DNA of 64,000 bases from the NCBI GenBank assembly GCA_046484865.1, contig JAWOID010000144.1:32001-96000 (forward strand), in the 5' to 3' direction. Position 1 is the first letter of the stretch; each line of letters opens with the position of its first letter. Below the pieces are notes generated by a model, which did not search any database, was not told the origin of the DNA, and worked only from the letters and a program-made list of their open reading frames with translations. The DNA is from Candidatus Krumholzibacteriia bacterium. Its GTDB lineage: Bacteria; Krumholzibacteriota; Krumholzibacteriia; LZORAL124-64-63. Below are positions 38,252 through 48,864 of the stretch, piece by piece. Both the position numbers and the translations under genes were made by a program.

Positions 38252-41200
38252 ATGGTCGGGCGGGTCGCGAGGGTGTTGGCGGTGCCGCGGGCACTCCTGG
38301 TACCGCGGGCGCTCCTGGCGTTCCTGGTGCTCCTGGCGCCGGCGACCCGGGCCGAATGGTTCGATCTGGGTGGCGGGGCGTTGCCGGCGCAACCGCTCCT
38401 GAAGGCGCAGGACATCGCGCCCGGCGCCACGCAGGTCGAGGTGACGCTGCCCGGGTTCGTCACGCTGCCGGTCGACATCGCCGGAACCATCCATGCCGAC
38501 ATCGTCCTGCCCGGCCACGTGCAGCGTCTGGAGCGCGGCCTGCCGCAGCTGCCGTTCGTCACCGTTAAGATCATCATTCCGGACGAGGGCACGCCCGCTG
38601 CGCGCGTGGTGGCGGAGAGCTGGCGGGAGGTTCCCACCCGCCCGGTGGTGCCGTCCAAGGGCGGCATTCCGCGCAGCGTGGACCCGGCCACCGTCCCCTA
38701 CGCGTTCGGCCCGATCTACAGCACCGGTGGCGTCTTCCCGGCGGAGGTGCTGGAGGTCTCGCGCCCGTACGTCGTGCGGGACCATCGCGGCGTGAACGTC
38801 CGCCTGAACGTCTTGCGCTGGGATGCCGACCGCGGCGTGCTCATGGCGCTCGAGAGCGTCACCGTGCTGGTGGAGACCACCGGTGGCGGCGGGGAGAACC
38901 CGAAGGTGCGGCGCGCCCCGGACGTGGACCGGTCCTTCCAGACGCTCTACCGGCAGTCGTTCCTGAACGCCGCCGAGCCGGCCAAGTACGACCCGGTGTC
39001 CGTGGACGGACCCATGCTGGTGGTCTGCGACGACGCCCTGATGCCCGCCATTGCGCCCTTCGTCGCGTGGAAGCGACAGCGCGGGCTCGAGGTCGAGGTG
39101 ATCGGCGACGGCTCGGTCGGGGGCACGGTCGGCGGGATCCAGGACGCCATCACCTCGCGCTATCTCGCCTCGGGCCTGGCGTATGTCGTGCTGGTGGGCG
39201 ACGTGCAGCAGATCCCCACCTACGCGGGCGAGTACGAGGGCGCCGACGACGACACGCGCTACGGCCGGGTGGAGGGCGACGATCTCTACCCCGACCTCTT
39301 CGTCTCGCGCATCTCGGCCCAGGACACGGTCCAGGTCGCCACCCAGGTGGCCAAGTTCATCCGCTACGAGCGCGATCCGGACGCCGGCGGGGCCTGGTAC
39401 GACCGGGCGGCGGGCCTGGCCTCGTCCGCCAGCGAGCCGGGTTCGCCGCCCGACCACGAGCGGGCGGAGGCGCTGCGCAGCGATCTGCTCGGCTACGGCT
39501 TCAGCGAGGTGGACCAGATCTACCAGGTGGACGGCGCCACCACCGCCCAGATCGCTGCCGCCGTGAACGCCGGCCGCAGCCTGATCAACTACCTCGGCCA
39601 CGGCTCGGGCTGGGCCTGGACCAACCCGCCGTTCGGCGTCGCCGACGTCCACGCGCTGAGCAACGGCTGGATGCACCCCTGGATCATGGACGTGTCATGC
39701 AGCAACGGCGACCTCTCCGCGAGCGAGTGCTTCGCGGAGGCCTGGCTGCGCGCGGGCACGCCACAGGAGCCCCGCGGCGCGGTGGCGATGTGCTCGGCGT
39801 CCACGAGCACGCTCTGGGTGCCGCCCTGCGTCATGCAGACCGAGGTCGTTCGCTTGCTGGTGACCGACCTGGCCAACGTGATCGGCGCGCTTTACCACCA
39901 CGGCATGATGGCCGTGATCGACGAGTACGGGCCCGACGACCCGTACAGCCTGCAACTGGTCGAACAGTACAACGTCTTCGGCGACTGCTCGCTCGTGGTG
40001 CGCACGGATGCGCCGCTGGAACCGGCGGTCGTGCACGCGCCGGTGGTGCCGCTGCTCGCCGCCACCTTCGCCGTGGACGTGGGCGTGCCGGACGCCACCT
40101 GCGCCATCACCGCCGGGGATGTGCTGCACGGGGTGGCGAGATCGGATGCAGCCGGTCGCGCCGTGATCGCGTTCACCGAGCCGGTGACCGAGGTGGGCGA
40201 ACTCACCCTCGCCGTGACCGGCTACAACCTGTTCACGTACGTCGCTCCGCTGCAGGCGGTCGTCCCCCCGAGTGTGATCCTCGAGCCCGCCACGCTGGCG
40301 GTGGGCGGCAGCGCCGACCTGACGGTGACCGTCACCGATGCCGACGGCCAGGCGGGGCTGGCCGGGGTCGCGGTCTCGGTGGTCGGGTACGGCGTGGCCG
40401 GTGCCGAGGGCGTGACCGATGCCGCCGGGCAGGTGACGCTGGCGCTGGCTCCGCTCTACGGCGAGACCCTCACCGTGCGCGGCCGCGAGGCGGGCGCGAG
40501 CTTCGATCTCTTCGCGGTCGATCTGCCGGTCACCGGGGCGCAGGTGCTCACCGACGCGGCCATCGTGGCCGAAAGCGCGAGCATCGGGTTGCAGGGAGCG
40601 CTCACTCCCCACCTGGAGGGGACGATCACCGGCTCGGCGCGAGAGAGCGGCCTCTCGCTCGTCGTCACCGGCGCCGGACTGCACACGAGCGTCACCGTTC
40701 CGGACAGCCTCGTGCAGGCGGTCGTCGTGCCCGTGGAACTGTCGCCGGTGACGGCGGCCCTGGCGAAGCCCGGCTATCAGCTGCACCTGGCCACGATCCC
40801 GGTGGTCGAGGCCTTCGGCAGCTATGCCGGAACCGTCACCGAAGGCGATGCGGGCGGCACGCCGGTGGCGGGAGCGCGGGTGTACGGGGTTCCGCAGGGG
40901 CAGGGACCGGACGGCACCCCGGTGTTCGATCTGATCACCGGGCCCGACGGTGGGTTCAGCCTGGCGCAGGACCTCGCCGTCGGACCGTACGAGGTGTACG
41001 CAGAGGCGTTCGGGTACCTGTTCTGGCAGGAGAGCTACTTCCTGAGATACGGCGCCAACCAGCACGCGATCGCCCTGGAGCGGGCGCCCGCCGGGGTCCT
41101 CGGCGGCGTCGTCGCCAGCGCTGCGGACGGCACCCCCGTGGCCGCCACCGTGCGCATCTACCGGCCGGACACCGGCGAACTCCACGCCGAGACGATCACC

Positions 41201-42994
41201 GACCCGGCCACCGGCACCTACCGGACGGGCCCGCTGCCGTACTTCGGCTACGAGGTGTCGGTGCGGGCGTACCGGTTCTTGCCGCGGCGGACGGCCGTGG
41301 CGGTGGACGACAGCGCCTGCACGCTCGACTTCCTGCTCGAGCCCACCGAGGGCGAGCTGCTTCTGGTGGACGACAACTCCCCCGGCGCCACCCTGCATCC
41401 CTCGAAGTACGGCAAGAACGGTCTCGTGCTGGCGCAGCCGTACGTCGCGGAGCCGGGACGCTCGGCCGCGACCATCGCGGCCGAACTCGAGCTGCTGGGC
41501 TACACCGTGACGGTCGAGGCGCGTGATGCGACCGACCCCGCGACCTGGGACCGGTACGACGCGGTGGTGGTGGCGTGCGGCAACAACGTCGATCCGCTCG
41601 GCGCGGTTTTCAAGTCGCACCTGATCGACCACGTGACCGCCGGCGGCAAGCTCCTGGTGGAAGGCGGCGAGGTGGCCTACGACCATCGCCACGACACGGA
41701 GTTCGCCCGCAAGGTGCTGCATATCGACACCTGGAGCGGCGACGGCGGCGGCGACGTGACGCTGGCCGCTCCGGGCCACCCGGTGGCGACCGGTCCGAAC
41801 CTGCTGGCCTGGCCGCTGGACTTCGCGTGGATGGGCTACGCCGATGCCGACGCCTGCGGCGTGGCCGGCGACGCGGTGAGGGTGGGCGCCTGGACCGGGT
41901 TCCCCGCCGACGGCAGCATCATCTGCTACGACCCGAATCCGGCGCCCGAGGGGGGGCAGATCGTCTTCATGGCGTTGAACTACGCGGCGTTGCCGGCAGG
42001 CCCGCGCGAGGAACTGCTGCACAACATCGTGAACTGGCTGCTCACGCTCGAGCACGGCGACGCGAGCGTGACCGGCACGGTGCAGCTGCGCGGTCAGAGC
42101 GATCACTCGGGAACCACGGTCACGATCGATCCGGGCGGCCACGCGCTGGTCACGGCCGCCGACGGCAGCTACCGGTGCGACGGCCTGTTCGCGGGCAGCT
42201 ATCGGGTGGTGGTCGCGCACCCGGAGTGGAGCGGCGCCGCCGCCGACGTCGTGCTCGAGGCCGGCCAGGCGCTCACCGGGCTCGATTTCGTGCTCGACCC
42301 CGTGGTCACGACCGTCACCTGCCAGGCGCCGGGATTGGCGATCCCGGACGACGACCCTCTGGGCGTGACGCTCGACCTGGAGGTGACCGAAACGGCGGCG
42401 GTCGCGCGGATCTCGGTGTATCTGGCCATTCGGCACCCGTATGCGGGCGATCTCATGGTCCAGCTCACGAGCCCAGCCGGCACCACGGCGCGTCTGAAGA
42501 ACTTCGGCGAGGGCAGTTCCGGCGACGACTGGCTGGGCTGGTATCCGGAGGACCTGACGCCCTACGAGACCCTCGACGCGTTCGTCGGCGAGGATCCGCA
42601 GGGCACGTGGTCGCTGCAGGTGGTGGACGGCGGGCGGTACGACGTGGGGATCCTCGACGAGTGGTGCCTGAGCATCACCTGTGCCCAGCAGGTCACCGCT
42701 GCGGGCGGGCCGCCGCGCGCGCTGGCCCTCGCAGGCAACCACCCGAACCCGTTCAATCCGATCACCACCATCCGGTTCGTCCTGCCGGCCCCGAGCCGGG
42801 TGGAACTGGCGGTGTTCGACCTGGCGGGACGCCGGCTGCGCGATCTGGTGGCCGGAGAGCTGGAGGCGGGACACCACGCGGTCGCCTGGAACGGGCGGGA
42901 CGCCACCGGTCGCAGCGTGCCCAGCGGCACGTACGTCTATCGCCTCGAGGCCGCCGGTCGCGTGCTCACCGGCAAGATGCAGCTCGTGAAGTGA
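38252..42994 (+). CDS. Gingipain-like C25 cysteine peptidase, multidomain, with FlgD-Ig/T9SS-type C-terminal domain
   Basis: Propeptide (GLPQLP, PSKG.IPR), YVVLVGD, PDLFVSRIS, catalytic INYLGHGS and DVSCSNG, YNVFGD; Ig/carboxypeptidase-regulatory-like repeats; proprotein-convertase P domain (I.HPYAGDL...SPAG..GTWSLQVVD); NHPNPFNP...WNGRD..SGTYVYRL. GGAGG RBS before ATG 38252. Confidence 0.9.
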   Translation: MVGRVARVLAVPRALLVPRALLAFLVLLAPATRAEWFDLGGGALPAQPLLKAQDIAPGATQVEVTLPGFVTLPVDIAGTIHADIVLPGHVQRLERGLPQLPFVTVKIIIPDEGTPAARVVAESWREVPTRPVVPSKGGIPRSVDPATVPYAFGPIYSTGGVFPAEVLEVSRPYVVRDHRGVNVRLNVLRWDADRGVLMALESVTVLVETTGGGGENPKVRRAPDVDRSFQTLYRQSFLNAAEPAKYDPVSVDGPMLVVCDDALMPAIAPFVAWKRQRGLEVEVIGDGSVGGTVGGIQDAITSRYLASGLAYVVLVGDVQQIPTYAGEYEGADDDTRYGRVEGDDLYPDLFVSRISAQDTVQVATQVAKFIRYERDPDAGGAWYDRAAGLASSASEPGSPPDHERAEALRSDLLGYGFSEVDQIYQVDGATTAQIAAAVNAGRSLINYLGHGSGWAWTNPPFGVADVHALSNGWMHPWIMDVSCSNGDLSASECFAEAWLRAGTPQEPRGAVAMCSASTSTLWVPPCVMQTEVVRLLVTDLANVIGALYHHGMMAVIDEYGPDDPYSLQLVEQYNVFGDCSLVVRTDAPLEPAVVHAPVVPLLAATFAVDVGVPDATCAITAGDVLHGVARSDAAGRAVIAFTEPVTEVGELTLAVTGYNLFTYVAPLQAVVPPSVILEPATLAVGGSADLTVTVTDADGQAGLAGVAVSVVGYGVAGAEGVTDAAGQVTLALAPLYGETLTVRGREAGASFDLFAVDLPVTGAQVLTDAAIVAESASIGLQGALTPHLEGTITGSARESGLSLVVTGAGLHTSVTVPDSLVQAVVVPVELSPVTAALAKPGYQLHLATIPVVEAFGSYAGTVTEGDAGGTPVAGARVYGVPQGQGPDGTPVFDLITGPDGGFSLAQDLAVGPYEVYAEAFGYLFWQESYFLRYGANQHAIALERAPAGVLGGVVASAADGTPVAATVRIYRPDTGELHAETITDPATGTYRTGPLPYFGYEVSVRAYRFLPRRTAVAVDDSACTLDFLLEPTEGELLLVDDNSPGATLHPSKYGKNGLVLAQPYVAEPGRSAATIAAELELLGYTVTVEARDATDPATWDRYDAVVVACGNNVDPLGAVFKSHLIDHVTAGGKLLVEGGEVAYDHRHDTEFARKVLHIDTWSGDGGGDVTLAAPGHPVATGPNLLAWPLDFAWMGYADADACGVAGDAVRVGAWTGFPADGSIICYDPNPAPEGGQIVFMALNYAALPAGPREELLHNIVNWLLTLEHGDASVTGTVQLRGQSDHSGTTVTIDPGGHALVTAADGSYRCDGLFAGSYRVVVAHPEWSGAAADVVLEAGQALTGLDFVLDPVVTTVTCQAPGLAIPDDDPLGVTLDLEVTETAAVARISVYLAIRHPYAGDLMVQLTSPAGTTARLKNFGEGSSGDDWLGWYPEDLTPYETLDAFVGEDPQGTWSLQVVDGGRYDVGILDEWCLSITCAQQVTAAGGPPRALALAGNHPNPFNPITTIRFVLPAPSRVELAVFDLAGRRLRDLVAGELEAGHHAVAWNGRDATGRSVPSGTYVYRLEAAGRVLTGKMQLVK

Positions 42995-43087
42995 GCCCCG
43001 GCTGTCGCCGCCCGCCCGACGCACGGAGCCCGGCACCGGTCGGGCCCGCCCCGGGTTCTCCCGTACGGCCGACGCACCGGGCGGTGC

Positions 43088-43783
43088 TCAGACCAGGATC
43101 AGCTTGATCTCTCCCTCGTTCACGAGCGGCAGATCGCCCAGGCGGCGCCGCAGGTCCACCAGCAGGTCGATACGCCCGACCACCTCGCCGCTGCCGCTGG
43201 CCGCGTAGTGGTGTTCCGGCGCGTAACCCTCGGGGCCGCGCGACTCGGGGTGCTCCTGCACGTCCTGGTCGAAGTTGCGCAGTTCCAGTCCCTCCGGCAG
43301 TTCGTTCAGCACCGCCATGATCTCGTCGTGGTACTGGCGGGCGAAGACCTCGAACGAGAAGGGCAACTCCGCCGACTGCACCGCGCGCAGCGATTTCAGC
43401 GTGAGGCCGGTCTCCGCGTGGATGCGCTCCGCGTGCTGGCGCACCAGCCCGGTCAGCGTCTCGCCGAGCACGACGCGGCTGTCCACCCCGTGCAGCTTCA
43501 CCAGTTCGGCCACCCGATCCACCAGACCCTCGTGGGAGATGCCTGCATCGTAGCTGTCGATGGCGGTGTTGGGCTCGCCGCTGCCCAGCGCGATGCCAGC
43601 CAGGAGCCCTCGCAGTACCCGGGGCGAACCGGCGAACACAGCCTCGTGGAAGCCGCCCACGCCTGCGCCGGATCCGCGGCGCCCCGGCTGGCGTCCGGTC
43701 GTCTTCCGCGCCGCTCCGGCGCCGGTCCGGCGGCTACCGGAACGCCCGGCGCCGGTCGCCTTGCTGGAAGCCTTCTTGGCCAT
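43088..43783 (-). CDS. Hypothetical protein
   Basis: 231-aa ORF with GAGG RBS, 10 nt downstream of the antiporter gene; basic N-terminal tail; no family recognised. Confidence 0.65.
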   Translation of the reverse strand: MAKKASSKATGAGRSGSRRTGAGAARKTTGRQPGRRGSGAGVGGFHEAVFAGSPRVLRGLLAGIALGSGEPNTAIDSYDAGISHEGLVDRVAELVKLHGVDSRVVLGETLTGLVRQHAERIHAETGLTLKSLRAVQSAELPFSFEVFARQYHDEIMAVLNELPEGLELRNFDQDVQEHPESRGPEGYAPEHHYAASGSGEVVGRIDLLVDLRRRLGDLPLVNEGEIKLILV

Positions 43784-43793
43784 GCGCGCCCTC

Positions 43794-45521
43794 CTAGAGG
43801 AAGAAGATCAGCGTCACGACCACGAAGATCGGGACGAGGATCGGCAGCGAGTACTTCACCATGTACCCGAAGAAGGTGGGCATGGGGACGCCCGCCTCCT
43901 CGGCGATCGACTTCACCATGAAGTTCGGGGCGTTGCCGATGTAGGTGTTCGCCCCCATGAACACCGCACCCGCGCTGATGGCCGTGAGGTCGCGTGCGAA
44001 GGCAGGGTTCTTCGCGGCCTCGCCGGCGTAGCCGAGCAGAGCGGGCACCTGCGATTCGGGCAACCCGAGATGGCCGAGAGCCGCGTTGAAGAAGGTGAGG
44101 TAGGTGGGTGCGTTGTCCAGGAAGCTCGACAGCACGCCCGTGGCCCAGAAGTAGTGCAGCGGTTCCTGCACCGCGCGCATCAGGCCGGCCAGTGCCCCTT
44201 GCTCGCCCGCCTTGAGGATCGCCAGCGCCGGGATGATCGTCATGAAGATGCCCGCGAACAGGTAGGCCACCTCCTTGATCGGGAACCAGTTGAACTCGTT
44301 CCGCTGCCGGGCGGCCTTGCTGGTCGTCACCAGGCTGAGCAGCCCCATCAGGATGAGCCAACCCTCGCGAATGATGTTCTGCAGCGCCACCTCCACGTGG
44401 CCGTAGATGGGCACGTTCTGCAGCTTCACGGCGCCGGAGAAGATCACGCCGGCCATGACCCCCGCCAGGAAGAGCAGGTTGTGCAGGCCCTCCACGTGGA
44501 CGCCGCGCTTCTCGGCCACGGATTCGGGCCCTGCTTCCCGTTCCCTGCGGAAGAGCAGCGTGTCGAGGACGAAGAAGACCGCCAGGACCAGGGTGACGAC
44601 CAGCAGCATGTGCGGCAGGAGGCCGCGCGTCACCCAGAAGAACGGCACGCCGTGGAGGAAGCCGAGGAACAGGGGCGGATCTCCCAGCGGCGTGAGGCTG
44701 CCGCCCACGTTGGCCACCAGGAAGATGAAGAAGACCACCACGTGCACCCGGTGCTTCCGCCAGGCGTTGGCGCGCAGTACCGGCCGGATCATCACCATGG
44801 CGGCGCCGGTGGTGCCGATCCAGGAGGCGAGGAAGGTGCCGATCAGCAGCAGGAGCACGTTCACCCGCGGCGACCCGCGCACCGCCCCGCCCACGTAGAT
44901 TCCGCCGGCGATCGTGAACAGCGCCCAGAGCAGGAGGATGAACGGGATGTAGTCGATCAGGTAGATGTGCAGGATCGACTGCACGGCGTCGCTCTTCATC
45001 CCCACCAGGAACGGGATGGCGAACGCCAGCGCCCAGAACGCCGAGACCCGCGGAAAGTGCCGATGCCAGAAGTGGGGCGCGATCAGCGGGAACAGGGCGA
45101 TCGACAGGAGGATGCCCACGAACGGGATCACCGTCCAGAGCGGCAACAGCCCCACCGGATCGATATGGTCCGCGTGGTGGACGTCTCCGTCGTCGGCGGC
45201 GATCGCGCGGCCGGATGCCGGGTCGCCGACGATGCCCTGGGCCGCCGCCCCGGCCGGCTCTGCCCCGTGCCGGGCCTCGCTGGGTTCGGCAGCGGCCGGA
45301 ACGGTGTCGGGCGGCGAGATCGCGGTGTCCTGCGCAGCGGGAACCGGCGGGGACGCGTCCAGCGCCAGGGCCGGCGAGGCTGCGAACAGGCTCCCCAGGA
45401 CCAGGAGCGACACGAGGACGGAGTGCATCGTCCGAAAGCGCCGAAGGAGGTGGACTGCGGCTGATGCGAGAGATGCCGGGCGCGGGGGGGTGGATCGGCG
45501 CTGGGGATGCAGTCGCCTCAT
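43794..45521 (-). CDS. Putative sodium:proton antiporter (ion transporter superfamily)
   Basis: PFVGILLSIALFPL..PHFWH, GTTGAAM..IRP.LRAN, VANVGGSLTPLGDPPLFLGFL.GV.FFW, PIKEVA.LF.GIF, LSSFLDNAPTY, GAVFMGANTYIGNAPNFMVKSIAE; AAGGAGG RBS. Confidence 0.85.
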   Translation of the reverse strand: MRRLHPQRRSTPPRPASLASAAVHLLRRFRTMHSVLVSLLVLGSLFAASPALALDASPPVPAAQDTAISPPDTVPAAAEPSEARHGAEPAGAAAQGIVGDPASGRAIAADDGDVHHADHIDPVGLLPLWTVIPFVGILLSIALFPLIAPHFWHRHFPRVSAFWALAFAIPFLVGMKSDAVQSILHIYLIDYIPFILLLWALFTIAGGIYVGGAVRGSPRVNVLLLLIGTFLASWIGTTGAAMVMIRPVLRANAWRKHRVHVVVFFIFLVANVGGSLTPLGDPPLFLGFLHGVPFFWVTRGLLPHMLLVVTLVLAVFFVLDTLLFRREREAGPESVAEKRGVHVEGLHNLLFLAGVMAGVIFSGAVKLQNVPIYGHVEVALQNIIREGWLILMGLLSLVTTSKAARQRNEFNWFPIKEVAYLFAGIFMTIIPALAILKAGEQGALAGLMRAVQEPLHYFWATGVLSSFLDNAPTYLTFFNAALGHLGLPESQVPALLGYAGEAAKNPAFARDLTAISAGAVFMGANTYIGNAPNFMVKSIAEEAGVPMPTFFGYMVKYSLPILVPIFVVVTLIFFL

Positions 45522-45676
45522 GGCGCCTCCTTGCGCGGGGCGGCTCGACGGGTGGAGTGCGGCCGAATCACGGCGCCAGGCCGCGGATTCCCGCCGCGGA
45601 ACGGCTGGAGGACGGCTGGAACCTAGGCTATGATGAAGGTGCTGTCAATCGCAGCGGCCCGGGGCCCCAGGGGATC

Positions 45677-46828
45677 ATGCGCATCGCCTATCTCAGCACC
45701 CAGCGCGCCTACTACGGCGGCGAGGTCCACCTCTGCCAGCTGGCCGCCGGCATGCAGGCGCGCGGTCACGCGGTCCGGTGCGTCGTGCGCCCGGACAGCC
45801 TCCTGCTGGCGCGCCTGCGCCAGGCGGGAGTGCCGGTCACCCCGCTGCCGGTGGTGGACTGGTACGAACCCGTGGGGGTGCTCAGGCTGCGGCGGTGGCT
45901 GCGGGACGGGGGTTGCGACGTCCTGCACACCCACACGCCGCGCGACCATTACGTGGCCGCCGTGGCCACGCTGGGGCTCGACGTGCGCAACGTGGGCACC
46001 CGCCATCAGCTGCTGCCGATCGCCCGCTCCGGGCTGAAGCGCCCCTGGCTGGGACGGCTGGACGCGATGGTGGCGGTGAGCGAGGCGGTCCGCCAGGGGA
46101 TCGTGCGCTCCGGCGCGCTGCCGCCGGACCGGGTGGTCACCATCCACAATGGCGTGGACGTGAGGCGGCAGCTGCCCGCCCGCAACGGACTGCGCCGCTC
46201 GCTCGGTCTTCCGGCGCTGGCTCCGGTGGTCGGTTACGTGGGGCGCCTGAGCCCGGACAAGGGCGTGGAGACGCTGCTGGAGGCGGCCCGGCGGCTGGTG
46301 GACGACTCCTGGCCCCACCTGAAGGTGTTCATCGTCGGCGACGACCCGCGCGGGCGGCACGGCGAGCATCTGTGCCGGCGCAGCCGCGAGCTGGGTCTGC
46401 AGGACGCCGTCCACTTCTTCGGTTACGTGCACGACGCGGCCCGCGCCTGCGCCGACTTCGACGTGCAGGTGGTGACCTCGACCGCCGAGCCGTTCGGGCT
46501 GGTGACGCTCGAGGCCATGGCGCACCGGCACCCGGTGGTGGCCACCGACGCGGGGGGCAGCCGCGAGATCCTGCGCGACGGCCGCGACGGCTACCTGGTG
46601 CCGCCGCACCGCGCCGACCTGCTGGCCGCCCGCCTGGATCTGCTGCTGCGCGAGCCGGCGTTGCGGCGCAGTCTCGGCGACGAGGCGAGGCGGCGGGTGG
46701 AATCACGATTCGGGCTGGACCAGATGATCGCCGCGACCGAGTCCCTGTACCGGCAGGTGGTGGTGGTTCCCCGGCGTGGCCGTGATCGACCGGCCGCCGG
46801 TCGCCGATCGGGACCGTGCCGGTCGTGA
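45677..46828 (+). CDS. Glycosyltransferase family 4 (GT-B)
   Basis: MRIAYL...GGE, IHNGVD, VGRLSPDKG, EPFGLVTLEAMA..PVVATDAGG..EI. Confidence 0.9.
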   Translation: MRIAYLSTQRAYYGGEVHLCQLAAGMQARGHAVRCVVRPDSLLLARLRQAGVPVTPLPVVDWYEPVGVLRLRRWLRDGGCDVLHTHTPRDHYVAAVATLGLDVRNVGTRHQLLPIARSGLKRPWLGRLDAMVAVSEAVRQGIVRSGALPPDRVVTIHNGVDVRRQLPARNGLRRSLGLPALAPVVGYVGRLSPDKGVETLLEAARRLVDDSWPHLKVFIVGDDPRGRHGEHLCRRSRELGLQDAVHFFGYVHDAARACADFDVQVVTSTAEPFGLVTLEAMAHRHPVVATDAGGSREILRDGRDGYLVPPHRADLLAARLDLLLREPALRRSLGDEARRRVESRFGLDQMIAATESLYRQVVVVPRRGRDRPAAGRRSGPCRS

Positions 46829-46987
46829 CCCTCGGGGCGGCGGCGCCCGGTTCCGGAAGACGGGAATCGGCGGCGCGACCGAAGCCGTCCTTGTCGCGCC
46901 GGTTCGGCTTGCCTACCATCGTCTTGACGAACCGCGGCGCACTCGCCCGCGGGCTCCGCATTCCCACGCAGAACCGGGAGATCCCGC

Positions 46988-47839
46988 ATGCAACTGGGTG
47001 ACTGGACGTTCCGGGCCTTCGTCGACGGCCGCTTCCGGCTGGACGGCGGCGCCATGTTCGGCGTCGTCCCCCGCGTGCTCTGGGAGCAGCAGCACCCGGC
47101 GGACGAGTCGAACCGCATCGAGCTGTGCCTGCGCTGCCTGCTGGCGGAGCGGGGGGACCGGCGGGTTCTGGTGGACACCGGCATCGGCGATCGGTGGGAT
47201 GAGAAGGCGCGCCGGATCTACGCCCTCGACCGCCGTCCCAACCAGCTCACGGCCGAACTGGCGGAGGCCGGGCTGACGGCGGAGTCCGTCACCGACGTCG
47301 TCCTCACGCACCTGCACTTCGACCACGCGGGCGGTGCGGTGCGGATGGTGGACGGAGAGCCGAGGCCCACCTTCCCGCGCGCCCGCTACTGGGTCCAGGC
47401 GCAGCAGTGGCGGTGGGCCCACGAGCCCACGGAGCGCGACCGGGCCAGCTTCCGGCGCGACGACTTCGCGGCGCTGGAGTCGAGCGGACAGATGGAGCTG
47501 GTGGACGGCCTGCAGGAGATCCTGCCGCAGGTGCGGGTGGTGCCGATCAGCGGCCATACCCCCGGCCAGCAGATGGTGGAGTTCCACACCGACGGCGGCG
47601 TGGTGGTGTACTGCGGCGATCTGATCCCCTTCGCCAGCCAGGTCCACGCCCCGTGGATCATGGGATTCGATCTCAATCCGCTGCTGACGCTCAGCGAGAA
47701 GAAGCAGTTCCTCAGCCGGGCGGTGGAGGACGACTACCTCCTCGTCTTCGAGCATGACCCCAGCGTGGAGGCGGCCCGCGTGACGTTCGCGGACGACCGC
47801 TTCCGGATCCGCGAGACGGTGAGCCTCGGCGGGCGGTAG
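46988..47839 (+). CDS. MBL-fold metallo-hydrolase (YtnP-like)
   Basis: FRLDGGAMFGVVP..LW, LVDTGIG, THLHFDHAGG, RDRASF, GHTPG, GDL, FEHDP. Confidence 0.9.
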   Translation: MQLGDWTFRAFVDGRFRLDGGAMFGVVPRVLWEQQHPADESNRIELCLRCLLAERGDRRVLVDTGIGDRWDEKARRIYALDRRPNQLTAELAEAGLTAESVTDVVLTHLHFDHAGGAVRMVDGEPRPTFPRARYWVQAQQWRWAHEPTERDRASFRRDDFAALESSGQMELVDGLQEILPQVRVVPISGHTPGQQMVEFHTDGGVVVYCGDLIPFASQVHAPWIMGFDLNPLLTLSEKKQFLSRAVEDDYLLVFEHDPSVEAARVTFADDRFRIRETVSLGGR

Positions 47840-47876
47840 AGCCCGCGATGCAGCACCGAGAAAGCCGGGTGCCGGG

Positions 47877-48785
47877 ATGACCTCCAGCTCGATCCCGCCG
47901 GGCGACCGCAAACCGCACTGGCTGCGCATGCGCCGCGCCGGCGGCCGCGAGTACAATCGCGTGCAGCGTCTGCTGCGCACCGCCAGCCTGAACACCGTCT
48001 GCGAGGAGGCCAACTGCCCCAATCGCGGCGAGTGCTTCGCCAGTGGCACGGCCACGTTCCTGCTCATGGGCCCCAGCTGCACCCGCCACTGCACGTTCTG
48101 CAACATCCCGGGCGGACGCGTGGGCGAGGTCGATCCGGACGAGCCGCTGCGGGTGGCCGAGACCGTGCGCCACCTGGGGTTGAGGTTCGCGGTGGTGACG
48201 GCGGTCAGTCGCGACGATCTCCCCGACGGGGGCGCGGCTCACTTCGCGGCCACGATCCGGAGCATCCGGCGGCTCGTCCCCGGCTGCGGCGTCGAGGTGC
48301 TGATCCCGGATTTCCGCGGCGATCCGCTCGCTCTCGAGACAGTGCTCGAGGCGGGACCCGAGGTGTTGAACCACAATCTGGAGACGGTGCCCAGGCTGTA
48401 TCCCGAGCTGAGGCCGCAGGCCGACTACCGGATGTCGCTGCAGCTTCTGCGCAGGGTGCGGCAGCGGGTCGACGCGGGCGGCGCTCCCATGGTGGTGAAG
48501 ACCGGCATCATGGTGGGCGTGGGCGAGACGGCGGACGAGGTGGTGGAGCTCATGCACGCCGCCGCCGAGCACGGCGTCGAGGTCATGACCGTGGGGCAGT
48601 ACCTCCAGCCCAGCCGGCGGCATCACGCCGTGGAACGGTTCTACGAGCCCGGAGAGTTCGCCGAGCTCGCCCGTCGCGGCCGCGAGGCGGGGCTCGCGTG
48701 GGTGGAGGCCGGTCCCCTGGTGCGCTCCAGCTACCACGCGAGCGAGCACCGGGCGCGAATTCCTGGCGTGCGGCGCACCCGTTGA
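47877..48785 (+). CDS. lipA: Lipoyl synthase
   Basis: KPHWL, TVCEEANCPNRGEC, CTRHCTFC radical-SAM motif, RDDLPDGGA, NHNLETV, GQYLQP, GPLVRSSYHA. Confidence 0.96.
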   Translation: MTSSSIPPGDRKPHWLRMRRAGGREYNRVQRLLRTASLNTVCEEANCPNRGECFASGTATFLLMGPSCTRHCTFCNIPGGRVGEVDPDEPLRVAETVRHLGLRFAVVTAVSRDDLPDGGAAHFAATIRSIRRLVPGCGVEVLIPDFRGDPLALETVLEAGPEVLNHNLETVPRLYPELRPQADYRMSLQLLRRVRQRVDAGGAPMVVKTGIMVGVGETADEVVELMHAAAEHGVEVMTVGQYLQPSRRHHAVERFYEPGEFAELARRGREAGLAWVEAGPLVRSSYHASEHRARIPGVRRTR

Positions 48786-48864
48786 CTTACTATGCGGGGT
48801 CGATCGACCGGCCCGCCAGCGCGCGTCGCGCGCCTTGCGGCGGCGCCAGGGGAGGAGTGGCCTC

